Below are positions 1 to 16,300 of a DNA stretch of 64,000 nt, piece after piece; the stretch's first letter is position 1; each line of letters opens with the position of its first letter. The translations under genes and the position numbers were made by a program. The stretch spans positions 1,225,750 through 1,289,749 of the forward strand of contig RHPI01003156.1 in NCBI GenBank assembly GCA_009103225.1, given 5' to 3'. The notes under the pieces are model-generated. The model searched no databases. It saw only the letters and a program-made list of their open reading frames with translations, and was not told the DNA's origin. The DNA is from Chlorokybus atmophyticus. Lineage: Eukaryota > Plantae > Mesostigma and Chlorokybus algae.

Positions 1-186
1 CTCCGCCAGGGTGGGTGTATTCACTGGCTTGGCATGCTGATCATCATTGTGGCCACTTGCCACTCAGACAACCCTGTGCATCACCCTGCTGGTGCACTAA
101 TACGCCACTACATTCAGGGCAAGCGTGTGAAGGCCAAGACACCCGTAGCGCGTAGGAGGAAGAGGAGCCACAACAACTACGGAGAC

Positions 187-868
187 ATGGATGAAGAAAT
201 CCAGCGCGCAGTCGCCAGCATCAAGCAGGGCTGCATGAATGTCAGTGATGCAGTTAAGGATCTGGGCATACCAGACACAACCATGCGGAGGTTTGTGGCT
301 CAGAAATATTCCCTCCCCCAGTACAAGTAAGTACATCACCTGCGAATGCTGCTATGCACTGTTAGCAAAGTGAGCACACATAGTCACTGATGCATGTGCA
401 TGTACATCAGGTTTGCTGGTGCACCCACCATGTTTACTGAGAGTGAGGAGGAAGACTTAGCAGAGTTTGTAAGAGCATGCAACAGATGGGGTCGAGGCAT
501 GACATGGACAGAAATTTGCATATAAGCGGGTAAAAGACTTGATGGTGATGACAGAGCAAAGCTGCTGAAGGGAGGAGTACCTGGCAAGCGGCGGTTTGAG
601 GGCTTCAAGAGAAGGAAAAGCCTTGTCACCAGAAAGGCAGAACCCCTCGATAAGTCCCGAAGGGTATTCCTTAACAAGCATGTCGTGTATCATTACTTTG
701 AGATGCTGGCAGACACGGTGAAGAAGCTTGGAGTGGGGCCAGAGAGGATTACATCCGCTGATGAAGTTGGTATTAAGCCTGACACCAGCATGCAGAACCA
801 AAAAATCATTTGCGAAAGGTACAAGTTGTTAGGAAGCACGCACACACATGCACTCCGTTTCTATTGTG

Positions 869-900
<32 letters not shown>

Positions 901-2105
901 GCATGCACAGACATTCACAACTCCACCACACACATGCATACACATGTTCATGCACACGACTTACAATTTACCGACCTGTGCGCAGTGGGGCCAAGTGGGC
1001 GCAGGCTGCCACCACTGGCAGCCGAGAATATATCACCCTGATGTGCGCCGTCACTGGAGGTGGCCTCGATGTCCCTCCTCTCGTCATCATTAAGGGGCAA
1101 CGTTTGACAGTGGATGTCAAGGACTTTGATGTACCTGGAGCCAGATTTGCAGCCCAGGAGAATGCTTGGATGACCACCGACATTTTCGAAATCGGGATCA
1201 GAAAGCTGGCGGAGTGGATGCCAGGTGGAGTGAGCCCCACGAAGCCTTCACTGTTAGTGGTGGACGGGCATGTGAGTAGATACAATGCATGATCCGCTAC
1301 GCTCAAGACAAGGGCTTGCACATCCTCATCCTTCCACCCCACACCACGCATAGCCTTCAAGTACTAGATGTATCCTGCTTCCACCCTTTCAAGGAAGCCT
1401 ACAGGAAGAAGTATAAATTGCGCCAGGAGACCAGGTACAAGCATGAACTCAGTCGCAAGGAGTTTTTGAGGCTGCTTGTGAAGCCTTATTACGCTAGGTT
1501 ATCTCCTGCCAACATCATCGCTGGGTTCCGCGCATGTGGGTTATAGCCACTCAACATGCATGCACTCGACAAGTACGTCACAAATGCCCCCCCACCCCCT
1601 CCTGGCCTGTCATGCCTGCTGGACGCAATTGAGAAGGGCGATGAGGATGTGGACAACGACAACAACAACAACAACAGCAATGCGGACAACAGCAACAACA
1701 ACTACACTGCAGAGGAAGGCGCCACAAACTCTGAAGCAACAGCAAAACGCAAGAGAGGTTTCAAAACCTCGCAGCTGCTCGCCAGCGACGAGATCGTTGA
1801 AGCGCTTGAAACACAGGATGCAAAAAAGGCAGATAAGGAGAGAGCAGTTCAAGCACGCAAGGCAGCAGCCAAGACTCGCAAAGAAGAGGCAACAAAAGCA
1901 CAAGCAGCAAAGGCAGAGCGTGTGCAAACCAAGAAGAAAACAAGCTGCCTTGAGAAGATTGCTATTTGAGACAGAGAAGGCAGCAAAGAAGCAGGCCAAG
2001 CTGGACGTTGAGAGAGAAAGACAACAGCAACAGCAAAAGGCGCAACAAAAAGCACAGCAAGCAGAGAGGCAAGGGAGAGAACAGCAAAAGAGGCAACAGA
2101 CCTGA
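187..2105 (+). mobile_element. Decayed pogo/Fot1-type DDE_1 transposase (HTH_psq + CENP-B-type HTH + DDE) with spliceosomal introns; pseudogene
   Basis: HTH-like EEIQRAVASIKQGCMNVSDAVKDLGIPDTTMRRFV; catalytic motifs ITSADEVG, LLVVDGHVSR and PPHTTHSLQVLDVSCFHPFK. GT-AG introns at 327-410 and 819-985 restore the frame. Disabled by TAA at 523-525, a frameshift near 1289 and TAG at 1544-1546. Confidence 0.88.
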
Positions 2106-3227
2106 TCATGCGGTATGAGTGGGATCTAATGCAATGCAACAACCAGCTTGGAGACCCCCTGTGGGATTACGCTGAGGAGTTCTCCTAGCGCCACCTTGGC
2201 CTTGATCCAGCCCCCAACGCAGCAGCGAAGGAGGCAGGCCTCCGCTGGAGACAGAAGCGGAAGCGCCAGCAAACCAACACCCACACACCACCCTAGACTA
2301 TTAGCCTAAGCTGCTAGGCATAGGACACTAGGACCATTCTTGTACATACACATGCACGCATGATTGTGTGACCTGCGCTTGCTGTCGCCTATGCCCGCAT
2401 GCATGCTGCCGCTCACGAGCACAACACCAGCAACAACCTTGCAACTCCCGCCACTTTTGCGGCAAAACTTGGCGGTTGCGCAAAGGCTGCAGCTCAATGG
2501 CCTGCACACAACCCCTATCACAGCCTGCCTCTCAGCCTGCACTTGCTGGCCACAGCCACTTCACAATGGCTGCGGCCAGCAAGCTGATGGGACTCAAGAA
2601 AGGCTTACTGCGCCTGTCAGCCTTTCCCGAGTCCCCAAATTAGGGCAAACTCACTTCAGGGGTCAGACCCCTTTGGTAGCCTACTTTGGCGCCACATAGC
2701 TGACGCAAATACTGCGCCAAAAAATATAAAAGAATAACCACTTCGTAGCCTATAAACGCAGCTACACATCATATATACACATCACCGCCAACAAATGAGC
2801 CAATCAGGAGCTACAAGCTTGAAACCTCAATTCATCCCCAAATTAGGGGACTTGACCCTACCTCTTGTTTTGCGACAACACTACAATTTTATTGCGCATT
2901 GTTGAAAATTTGATAGACCCACAAGTGCCGTTTTGCCGCCGCCACCGCCTCTCCAGACATTATAAGACAATAATTCGGTTGCGAGACGTCGTTGCTATCA
3001 GCCGCCATCAGTGACCAGAGTTACCACGGTTACGGTTACGGGCTCAATTACGGTTACGGTTACGGAAAAGGCGGCCACACGCGCTACGTGCATCACATTC
3101 ATAGTATACGTCACACCATGTGACGCCAAATGCACTTAACGGAAAAAGACGAACGATTTCCGCCATTGCGATATATTACAATTAACCGCGGTGCCTGAAT
3201 ATCATACGATCTCACGTAGGTGACACT

Positions 3228-3615
3228 CACAAAGCCGCCTTATTTGTGCATTAAACACGCACGTTAACATACATGCGGCGTCTCAGTACACGGCGGCGTT
3301 ACATCACGATGTACATCACGTCACGCGGCGCGGCAAACTACATCTAATTACATGGCGGCATCACATTATAACTTTAATATACACACATGTTAAGGTAAAG
3401 ATTAAGCTACAATTTGAGACAATCAGTATCCACCGTTGCTATAGATCACAGTGGACCACGGTGCCTGCGCACCGTACGATCAAAAGTAGGCAGCACAGAA
3501 GACGCCTTATTAGTGCACTATACACACACGTTAAGATAGACGCGCCGTTTTAGGTACACGGCGGCGTCACATCACGGCGCGCATCACGTCACGCGGCGCG
3601 GAAAACCTAGATTTT
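3228..3615. repeat. Imperfect ~120 bp direct repeat pair (about 3228-3347 and 3494-3615)
   Basis: Both copies share GCCTTATT.GTGCA, CACGTTAA, GTACACGGCGGCGT.ACATCACG and CATCACGTCACGCGGCGCGG in the same order. Confidence 0.85.
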
Positions 3616-3738
3616 AAACTGGAGGTGAGCATAAAAATAGTACCATTTGCACAAGATTACAAATAGTCCACTGCATTTATCTACCTCTGTGCTGGATGAA
3701 CCCATCATGCAACTCCCTCACCAATTTGCGGTCACTTA

Positions 3739-7074
<3,336 letters not shown>

Positions 7075-7138
7075 TACATCATACGTGAGTGCTGTCATCA
7101 GTGGCAAGGTAATGATGCTGTCTGTGGTTCTCTCATTA

Positions 7139-7660
7139 CTAGAACAGCAAGAGTTCAAGTACAGCTACAGACTTTGCTTCCTGCCTACCACCACACACAC
7201 CTGCCCACACGAGCACACGTGCATGTGTGACCCGGCAGCAGCCGCCAGTGCAGCGTCCGCCTCGGATGTCGATGCTGACGTCTGGACGGGTCCCCAGCCT
7301 GGCACGGCGGCCACCACCGCCGCTCCTCGCTCCAGGACGGTGAGGCCTTGCGCCCGCTGTAGCGCGCAGGCCACCCGCTGCCCATAAAGTGCCCATAAGG
7401 TGGCCTGGCAGGCGGCGCAGCGGCAAGTCGCGTGCAGCTATTGCATGGCGAGCGCAGGTGTCGATGACGTCGTGGAATGCCCTGCCGAGGGTACCGTGGG
7501 TCTCAGCTGCCAGGGGATGGAAAGTGTCGGTGGCCGGGTGATCGTGGTATTCTCGCCGCTTCGCCTGCTCCGCCTGCTCCGCCGCACGTGCTGCTCCGCC
7601 CTGTTGCTCACCGCTCGCAGTGATGGTAACATCCAGCAACATCCGTGTATCTCAACCCGG
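7139..7660 (-). mobile_element. 3' fragment of a non-LTR retrotransposon with restriction-like endonuclease (RLE; CRE/HERO-like)
   Basis: LLDVTIT...AARAAEQAEQAKRREY...FHPLAAETHGTLG, then in a shifted frame QRVACALQRAQGLTVL. This is the typical RLE C-terminal pattern. Confidence 0.75.
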
Positions 7661-7699
7661 TAGTTCTGCGCAGAGTTGAGACGATTGCTGAGCCCTAGG

Positions 7700-8300
7700 C
7701 GTACAGGAGGATCTGGCGGCCAGTGCTTGGTTTCTATGTCATCTGTCAGGTCCCAAACTGCCAGCTGCCTTGCCATCAAACAAGTGGTGACACATGCAGC
7801 TACTGGTGGCCTGTACTTTGTGCCAGTGGTCAGTAGCTGTGACAACGTTGCTGATTGAATCAATGCAATATCGCAGCCCACAACATGCTCAAGTTGTCGA
7901 TGCGCATGACATGCCAGATGCGGTGCATAGCAATTGCACTGTGCGTCCAAGAAAGCAATTTGCGCCGTTAGCGTCACGCGGTTTGGCACAGCTGACCTGT
8001 TGCAGACTTGAACAAGGGTATTCTGATACTTCCAGTGCACAGTGAGTTCTACAAAGGATGCCCGCGGGTGTTCTGGCAGAATTGGTGTTGCAGCGGCTAT
8101 GCACCCTGGCAGATTAAGCAGGTCAGCAACTTCACTTGGGAATACACAATGTATCATCAACTTGTTTGTGGTGGAAGTGCGGCGTGTAGTAGGCAGGTGC
8201 AGCGCCGCCTTCTTCAACTGTTTCTGTAGCGCCCGTACTTTTGGTGCCTGCAGACCTAACTGCGGGGTGTTTGTTCTACAGCAAGATAAGCAGGCAAAAC
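7700..8300 (-). mobile_element. Penelope-like element (Naiad/Chlamys type), pre-RT region fragment
   Basis: FPSEVADLLNLPG...VHWKYQNTL...QCNC...EHVVGCDIALIQSATLSQLLTTGTKYRPP parallels the remembered Naiad/Chlamys consensus ...DAINLP...C.C...GHVITGDL.I.....L..LL.KGPKYREP. Confidence 0.65.
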
Positions 8301-8637
8301 AAATTACGTTCACTGTATGCAGCCAACATACTGGCACCGAATTTACCACATTGCATGCAACTCTGCAGGTAACGTGACCGGCGTATGTAGTCATGATAAG
8401 CATAGTGATGTGGCAAGCGGGCTTGAACAGGCATGGCAACATATGCGACAGGCTCTGTGGCGTATTGCAAGACTTGTATATTTGAGAACAGGACGAGCTT
8501 GCACAATATCAACATGCATAATTTATACATCATGGGGAAGAAAAGTGCCCCAGTACTATACACGCCCACTAGGTGAAGGCAGCGCACTATCCACCTCCCA
8601 ACACAATCTATAAGAGAGCGCACTTACACGTAAACAA

Positions 8638-11375
8638 CTATCGCGACTGGACCAGCACATCAACGGGACCCTTGGGCTTCAGCACAAAGCTGGCTTGAAC
8701 CTCAAGAGGTGTGTCTGATATCAACTTGAACGTGTAGCGTTGGTACAACCGAACAAGAGTCAACTTCGCCTCTTGCATGGCAAACTTCCAGCCTGCCAAC
8801 ACCACGAGGTCATCTAGGTACCTGATTACTGACCATAATAGTGTGCGAGGTGTTGTTTTTGCAGAACAGAGTAGTACAAAGATGTACAGCACACTTACCA
8901 ATGCACATGCGCGCGCCAACACCAAAGGGTATCCAAGTGTAAGGGGAGACTTCTTTGCCAGGCAGGAACCTTTCTGGTATAAAGGCGTCTGGATTTGGGA
9001 AATACTGCGGATTGCGCTGAACAGCATATATTGGGACGAAGACGCTCGTGCCTTTTGGTATATGGTACTTCCCGATAGTTGTGTCTGTCTCTGCCCAACG
9101 CATGACCAACAGGCCCGGCGGGTACAGGCGCAGGGTCTCCTTGATCACACAGTCCACATACGGGTACTTGGACTCAATGTCTTCATATGTCACAGCGCTG
9201 TTGCGGCCGGCTGCATCAATCTCAGCAAGCAGCTTGGCCTCCACTTCAGGATGCCGAGACAGCAAGTCAACAGCAAACGCAAGCGTGTCTGCGATGCGCA
9301 GCTAAGAATCAATGGCTGCCAAACCAACTTGATGAACAATAAGGATTTAGTGTTGGCCACTCACTTGCGGTTGTCTCGAAACCAGCTTGAAGGAACTCAT
9401 ACGCTTGCGCCTGGCACATGTAGTCAGAATAGTGTCACATGAGAACTGCAAGTCTTTGTTGCAACCATGACATTCCGTTTTTGCAGTGGTATGGACAAAA
9501 AGAATGCGTTACCCGAAGTTCCTTCTCGCTGAACGGTCGATCTGCTGCTTTGTTGTGGCCGCGAAGGAGCAGGGATAGGAAATCAAACTTAGACCCTGTA
9601 AGGATGCAATGCATCATCAATAATGAGGATGCAATGCATCGTCAGTACTGATGATGCACTTTACGCTAGGATGTACCACGGGGAAGTTACTACTTGAACA
9701 GCCAAGCAATCAAGTCAAATCAACAATCACAACCAGAGAGCTTTTCGTTGCATGTGTAGCAAGCCTTTCAAGTTATCCAACACAGCTGCCCCAATTGCGT
9801 ACCTCTATCTGTGTCGGTCGCTCGCTGGCGTACCACCTCACCTGACTTGCTCAAAACAAACAAGCGAGCAAGGTTGGCAGCGTGTGCAGTTGTCCAAGGT
9901 AGCATGCGGTTGACCAGCATCAACATGCCACCTGCGCATCACACATATGGTCATGCCCAACAGCATTTGTGAACCCTCATGTTGACTAACTGCATGCCAG
10001 CTGCATTCGCTTACCAATGGGCCGGCACACGACAAGTGCCAACAATGCAAGGTTGGCGCCGCGCGCCACTGAACTGGAGTCTATGATCTTGGCTGTTGCC
10101 TCTGCCAGCGGCCGTGCAGATGCATCCTTTGCAAAGTCTATGCCAAATGCGCTGGTGCCAATCACCTGCAAGCATGCGAACACCGTTTGGTTCTTGGCAT
10201 GTCAACGGCTGCCTGCCACAAATAAGAATGCATTGTGCAGTATTGAGCTGCTCGTAACCTGCAAAGCGAGCTGCTTGAAGTGATCGCTTATGCGCACAGG
10301 CTTGTCGGAATTGGCATGTGCCAATGCTTCAACGACTGCATCGGCTGCACTGTTCATCAGCGAGCTGAACTGCTTCAGCCGTTCGGTGTGAAACATTGGC
10401 ACCACCGCGCTTCGTGCGCTCTCCCAGTATTTCCCACTGCAACCAATGTCTTGTTAAAGTGACTGCAATTCGCTTCGATGCGCGCATGTGTGCTTGTATG
10501 CATATATGTGTGGGCGCGTGTGTGTGTGCATGTGTGCGTGCGTGCGTGCGTGTGCAAGTGTATGCGCAGCTGCTTACCGGCTCATGAGCATACCCATCGA
10601 CGTCTCTGGTGGTTCCCAGTAAGGCATGGGACCCACACGGTCTCTGAAGGTCTTTGAGTCCAGGCCAACAGTCTTGATGAACTCTGGCGATGTGACAATG
10701 GCAACAACTTGCGTGCCAAAGGCGTACTTGTAGATCGCACCATAGTCTGCAGTCCACTTCCTGCTTACGACTGTTGGTCATTTGGCAAACAGCTCAACAC
10801 GTCATGCAAAAGGCCAGTGCGTTGACAGAGAAGCTGCTAGTCAAGACATGTATGCACGAACACTGCACAACTGCATGCACACCAACGCGCGCATGTATTC
10901 TGCAACTACAGCACGTCTGTAACCGTACGCAACTACCTTCTGAGCAGTTATAGGGTCCAAACCTGTGCATTTCATGTGGTTTGTAGCGAATGTATTCGGG
11001 CAGGTTGCCGAGTAGCCAGTGCGGCGTGGGTCCAGGCAGGCCGGGCAGCTTGAATCGGGGCAGAAAGCCGTACACGACCACTGTTGCAATGACAGCAGAG
11101 AGACAAGCGGTGACCCATGCGGCCGGCGTCAAAGCCACGGGAACAGAAAGCCATGTGAAGAGCAGCGCGAGCGCCGGTGCCAGCGGCGCGTATGTGAGCA
11201 GCAGCTGGCCAGGCAGGGTTGTGTTAGGGAAGGTTGGCCAATTGAAAATACATGTATGTACTTGATTGCATGCAAAGCACATGCTTGCCAAGAACATCTG
11301 GGGCACAATAGCCGGCGCTCTACTTGTATCAATGCGATTGGACAACATAACCAACAAGGAAGGAGGACAAACCAC
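8638..11375 (-). CDS. Cytochrome P450, CYP711 (MAX1/CYP743-744-like) clan; at least 9 exons, start codon uncertain
   Basis: Exons 8638-8792, 8899-9288, 9365-9410, 9513-9595, 9803-9931, 10015-10165, 10259-10436, 10578-10760 and 10963-upstream. Motifs: LPGPTPHWLLGNL, I-helix AGFETTANTLAF, KETLRLYPP, PERF, heme FGVGARMCIG, then WKFAMQEAKLTLVRLYQRYTF. Confidence 0.9.
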
Positions 11376-12415
11376 ATAGCCACCTGTCTGTGCATGTAGC
11401 TATCAAGTTTGACAACATGTCCTGTCTGGCTGTGCCTCGAGCCAACTGTGCCCCAAGCCATCATGTAGCTGGACGCCGGCTGCATGCATGCAACATGTGG
11501 TATAGAGATTGCCTTGCCTAGTGTCTAGCATGCATGATTTCTATACTGCATATGAAGTTGGGTAGTGAGGACTGCGAGATGCATGCACAATCACACAAGC
11601 ACTTTAAGACATGCATGTGAGACTTTATGGTATGGAGCCACATCACCAGGTGTGCAACTAGTCTGCAGAAGAATTTAACACGTGAAGGAAACGCAACTGC
11701 TAGCATACACGTCAGCGCACTCAACAGCAAGAGTGCTGCAGAAGGAACTAAGCGACTGAGCTCTTGTTGCTGTTGCAGCTGTACAAAGCTAAGCTAACAA
11801 ACTCAGCAGGAAGCATCCTACGTTAGCCTAGCGTTGCAAGCGTTGAGCCTGCGTCATTACTACATGAAAGCTGCTTAGGCGGGATGTAAACTGCGCAAGC
11901 TCAGCAAGCAAAGTCCCAACAACCGCGAAGATGGCTCTGCGCCAACGGCGACAACTCCAAGGCCCACAGCACTCACCTCACTGGTCTTCCTCATCGTCAT
12001 ACAGTCAATTGGCTGCACCGGCTCTTGATTGCGACTGTTGTGCTTACAGCCACAACCAGCTCAACGTCCCACCTATGCCGCCGCCAATTTTGCCGCCGCC
12101 ACCGCCACCGCCACCGCCGTCTACGCTGCAGCAGTGCCTATAGGCAACGTGTCGCTTGCGCGCTTCGAAAAGCGCAGGCCGTAGCTGTCCTGGACAAGGC
12201 AGCGGCCATGACGGACACGACACGAAGAGCGGACGCGATGTGGGCGACCACGACGTCAGAGACCTTCATGACGACATAGTCATACAGTAGAATAATAATC
12301 GCTTGTGTTAGCTGGTTGGTTGGTTATTCTGTATTGACCTCGCACACTGCCGTTGTGGCCTTTTGCAATATAGTCCCTGTTGAGTGTTGTGCTGCTTCTC
12401 GGCGGCGGAGGCGGC

Positions 12416-15400
12416 ATGTGCGGCATAGCTCTGGTGCTGGAGGCTGTGGAGCATGTTGCGCAGGGTGCTGGTCTTGCCAAAGCAGGAAGTCTTCATAATA
12501 CTACTTGGCGGCACTTTGTCACATGGCCGGCGTTGCAAGCAGCCTCTCCGTCTCCTCCTCCTCCACCGCCTCCCTCTGCCGCCCCTGAGCCCAGCGCATC
12601 GCTGGACCACTCCCGGCCAGCTGCCGTCTCCAGCAACAGCAGTGTAAGTATGCACTCACAGCATTGCTAGCTAAACAGTGAGCACACAGCAGGTTGAGAC
12701 GCCTAACGCTTGCTTGACTGTAATGCATGCAGGTTTATTGCCCTTCTGTTGAGGAGCTCAGCAATGAGCTTGCTCGCCGCGGGCCGGATGCACAGGACAA
12801 AACCAGCGTGATTGTTGGTGGCGCGAAGCTGACATTCATAGGCAAGTGCATTCTCACGTGGACACAATTGTTTTGTGTACAGTTGAATGCTGTGTGCAAG
12901 TTGATAGCAGCAGGACTTCTGTTGGCCAAGTATGTGTGTATGCTAGCACTGCAATGCAGCCAAGCGCAAAGCTGCATAGCGCTTCCCCGTGCAGTGCGCT
13001 TCGCTGCTGATCCAACCTGAGGACTTTGTGCGTGTGTATTGTGTGCATTATCAGGTGCGGAGCTGCAGTTGCGTGGTCTGCAGCAAGTGTCGCAGCCGTT
13101 GCGGGATGCGGATGGTAATATCCTCTTATTCAACGGTGAGCTTGACTCACCTTTCAACTCATCTGCCATGGTCACAGTATTCTGCTCAGTGTGTTGATCA
13201 GTAGTATGCACACCATGCGCAGGTGAAGTGTTTGGTGGCTTGCCGGTGGCACCTGAAGAGAACGATGCAGATGTGCTGCTGCATGCGTTAGCAAATTGCG
13301 ATGCCAACAATAACATCCCAGTGCCCTCGGTGCTGTCTCAACTGCGGGGACCGTGGGCGGTTATCTACTGGCAGGTGTGTGCGCGGGTGTGGGGTGTGGG
13401 CTACGGGGGGGGAAGAGGGAGGGGGGAGCATGTGTTGCTTTCGTTGACATGCATGATGATGTGGTTGTCCATGTAAGCACCTGCTCATAAATGTGTTAAT
13501 TTTGCGAAGAATTCAACTCGAACACTTTGGTTCGGAAGGGACGCGATTGGCAGGCGCAGTCTGCTGGTGCACATGCCTACTGACAGCGACAGCCGCTTCA
13601 TAATGACATCGACAGCTGCTCGTTTCAACAGCTCCATTAGCGCGCACGTGTTTGAGTATTGGCACGACGTCCCAACAGGTCTGCACAGCATAGATGTCTC
13701 GGTCACCCCGAGAACGGTCCGCGAGCACCCTTGGGAAGACAGCTTGCTGCAAACCATCCGAATGCAAGTGAGGACTGCGCCCATTGAACCGAGCAATGCC
13801 TCACCGGAAGAACTTTACGCTGCAACCGCAAGCTTTCTGAAGATGCTGAGCGAAGCTGTATGCAGTCGAGTCACCAATATACGAGGTACAACCTTTGTCA
13901 CAACACATGGTCATGGCATTCGTGTACCTATATCCTACAATACTCTGACCGCATATTCTGTGGCAGGCAGGCAATCTTTGAACTGACCGCCATCTGCGCA
14001 GGCGTTGGTGATTCATCCTGCCTGTCGCATGGCGATGCATCCGTGGCTGTTCTGTTCTCGGGCGGAGTCGATTCGATGCTTTTGGCTGCGCTTGCACACG
14101 AGCATATACCCATCACAGGTGAGCTGCGCACATAAGAAACAAAGAACTGGCAAATTTTTCTGTTTGAGCCTAAGGTTGCTTGTGTGTAGAGCCCATTGAT
14201 CTCAGCAATGTTTGCTTCTTTGGTGGCAAGTCACCCGATCGCCAAACCGCACGCGCCGGTTTAGTTGAGCTACAACGGATTGCACCGCAGCGCAAGTGCG
14301 TAGGTTACTCCAACATAGGCACATGTTGCACCATCTTGTTGGCAGCTGTGCAAGAGCTCTTGTCTTGATAGATGGCGTCTGATTGAAGTGGATATGGACA
14401 TAGACAAAGACGTTGAACCCTGCAAGGACAAGCTTATGGCGCTGATATGCCCTTCAAGAACGTTTATGGTGAGGTGTGCTGACTCGGAATGTTGCAGAGA
14501 GCCAGCTTGCATGACAAGTCCTGATTGCTCTTGGTTGGTTGGTTTGCTGTCGTGCAGGATTTCAACATTGCTGCTGCTCTTTGGCATGCAGCCTCCTTGA
14601 AGGGCGTTACCACGCTTGAGGATGGGTCAAGGTAGATGCTGGTTCTGTTATGCTGCGCAACATGAGCAGAAAGGCTAGCCATGTGTGTGAGTCCGCCACC
14701 GCTAGCCAAGCTTACTCTGTGGTGCTTTATGTAGGACGCCATTCACCTCAAAGGCTCGTGTTGTCCTGCTCGGCAATGGGGCTGACGAGCAGTGCGCTGG
14801 GTATGGCCGCCACCAAACCAAGCTCAGAGAGACTGGGTGTGTCAACTATACTGCCTTTCTCATGTGTTGATGAGTGGTCGTTGTCTGCATATGCTTATGT
14901 TCAAGTGACTCAGGTTGTTGACCCATTTTCGTTGTTGAGCGACAGTTAAATCCTTTGCGCTGCTTCCGACATATACACGCTTACATACACTCCTTTCCCA
15001 GCATACTTCGCGTGTAGCATGCTTGCAGGTTCTTTGCACATGCGACATCTTGGCGTGATTGTGCTGGTCTGATGTTCATGCAGTATGTACTCGCCAGGTG
15101 GCAGGGCTTGCAAGAAGAGCTTGCAGTGGACGTGCAAAGGCTTTGGCGGCGAAACCTTGGGCGGGATGATCGATGCGTGGCGGATCATGGGCGGGAAGCC
15201 AGGTTTCCGTTCCTGGATGAGAGTGTCATGCAGTTCCTCTTATCCCTGCCCCTCACAACCGTAGCTGACCCTCGACTGCCTTCAGGTTGTACAATGATCG
15301 GCTGCCTTTGGCACTGAGGGATTGTGCATGCGCACCTGGAATTGAGTCGACGCGATCTCATGTGCACTGTTGGCTCATGTGCGCAGGAGTTGGCGACAAG

Positions 15401-15716
15401 CGCATCATACGAAGTGCTACAAAGCTCCTGGGTCTGCACAATGCTTCGTGCTTGCCTAAAAGGGCAATACAGGTCAGTGATCGGTTTGACAAAGACTTTT
15501 CCAGTTGCATCCTCTTTGATGTGCGTGCTCTACGCTTTGCTGGTTGCTTCTTGCAAACTAAGTGTTGTCCACTGTCTAACTGCTCGTGCACAGTTTGGCA
15601 CTCGTATTGCACAGGCGTCCAATTTGCGCAATTATAGCAGCAATCGCGCTGCAAATGCTGCCAATATTGGTGGAGTAACTCTACCGGGCCTTGAAGGGCT
15701 GCGAACAACAGCATGA
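12416..15716 (+). CDS. ASNSD1: Asparagine synthetase domain-containing protein 1 (Ntn amidotransferase-like + AS domain), multi-exon
   Basis: N-terminal MCGI, then LFNGEVFGG, LRGPWAVIYW, FGRDAIGRRSLL, VAVLFSGGVDS, IDLSNVCF, GNGADEQCAGYGRH, RNLGRDDR, REARFPFLDE and KRAIQFGTRIA, spread over GT-AG exons. Confidence 0.93.
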
Positions 15717-16300
15717 TGGGCTGGTCTTGATTGACTTTGCATGTGTTGGTACAGATACTACCATGTTGAACTAAACATACCATCATCATCCAGCTAAGTA
15801 CCATGGTTAGTGTATTGAAGAGCCATGTAGCTGAAGTCCCATCCATGCTTGTGCATGTCATTCGCCATGCGCTTTTGCTCAGATGAATGTGGTCGTCGCG
15901 ATTCCACCACATAACAGCAACTTTGGTAACATGGTCGAGTGGTTTGACACACAGCAAATTATGGGTTATGTGCTAAATTCATTCCAATATGCAAAACACC
16001 TTACAAGGACTTCGTGGTTCTTCAACCTCCAACTACCATAATAGGTGCGACACAAGCATATCTTGCAATCACAGAATCAAGACATAGCAAGACAACATGT
16101 GTACTTGGGAAGCCCATAAAGGCTGGGTGCTTTTGGACACCAGCTCATCGGAGCAAAGGAGGGCAAGCGAGGGCCAAGCAGCAGATGACGGCAAAGGAGA
16201 GGTGGTAGCATGACGTGATGACGACAACCATTGCACAGAGACCAATTAGGCCTTATACATTATTAAGGCTCAACCGGGGCAAATCTATATCTGCCCCCAC

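Noticed and set aside
12025-12279. Possible ASDURF-like upstream ORF before ASNSD1 (AYRQ...DKAAAMTDT faintly recalls animal ASDURF)
   Set aside because: No ATG start in this frame, no coiled-coil N-terminal half, and the spacing differs. Composition fits the minus-strand P450 leader better.
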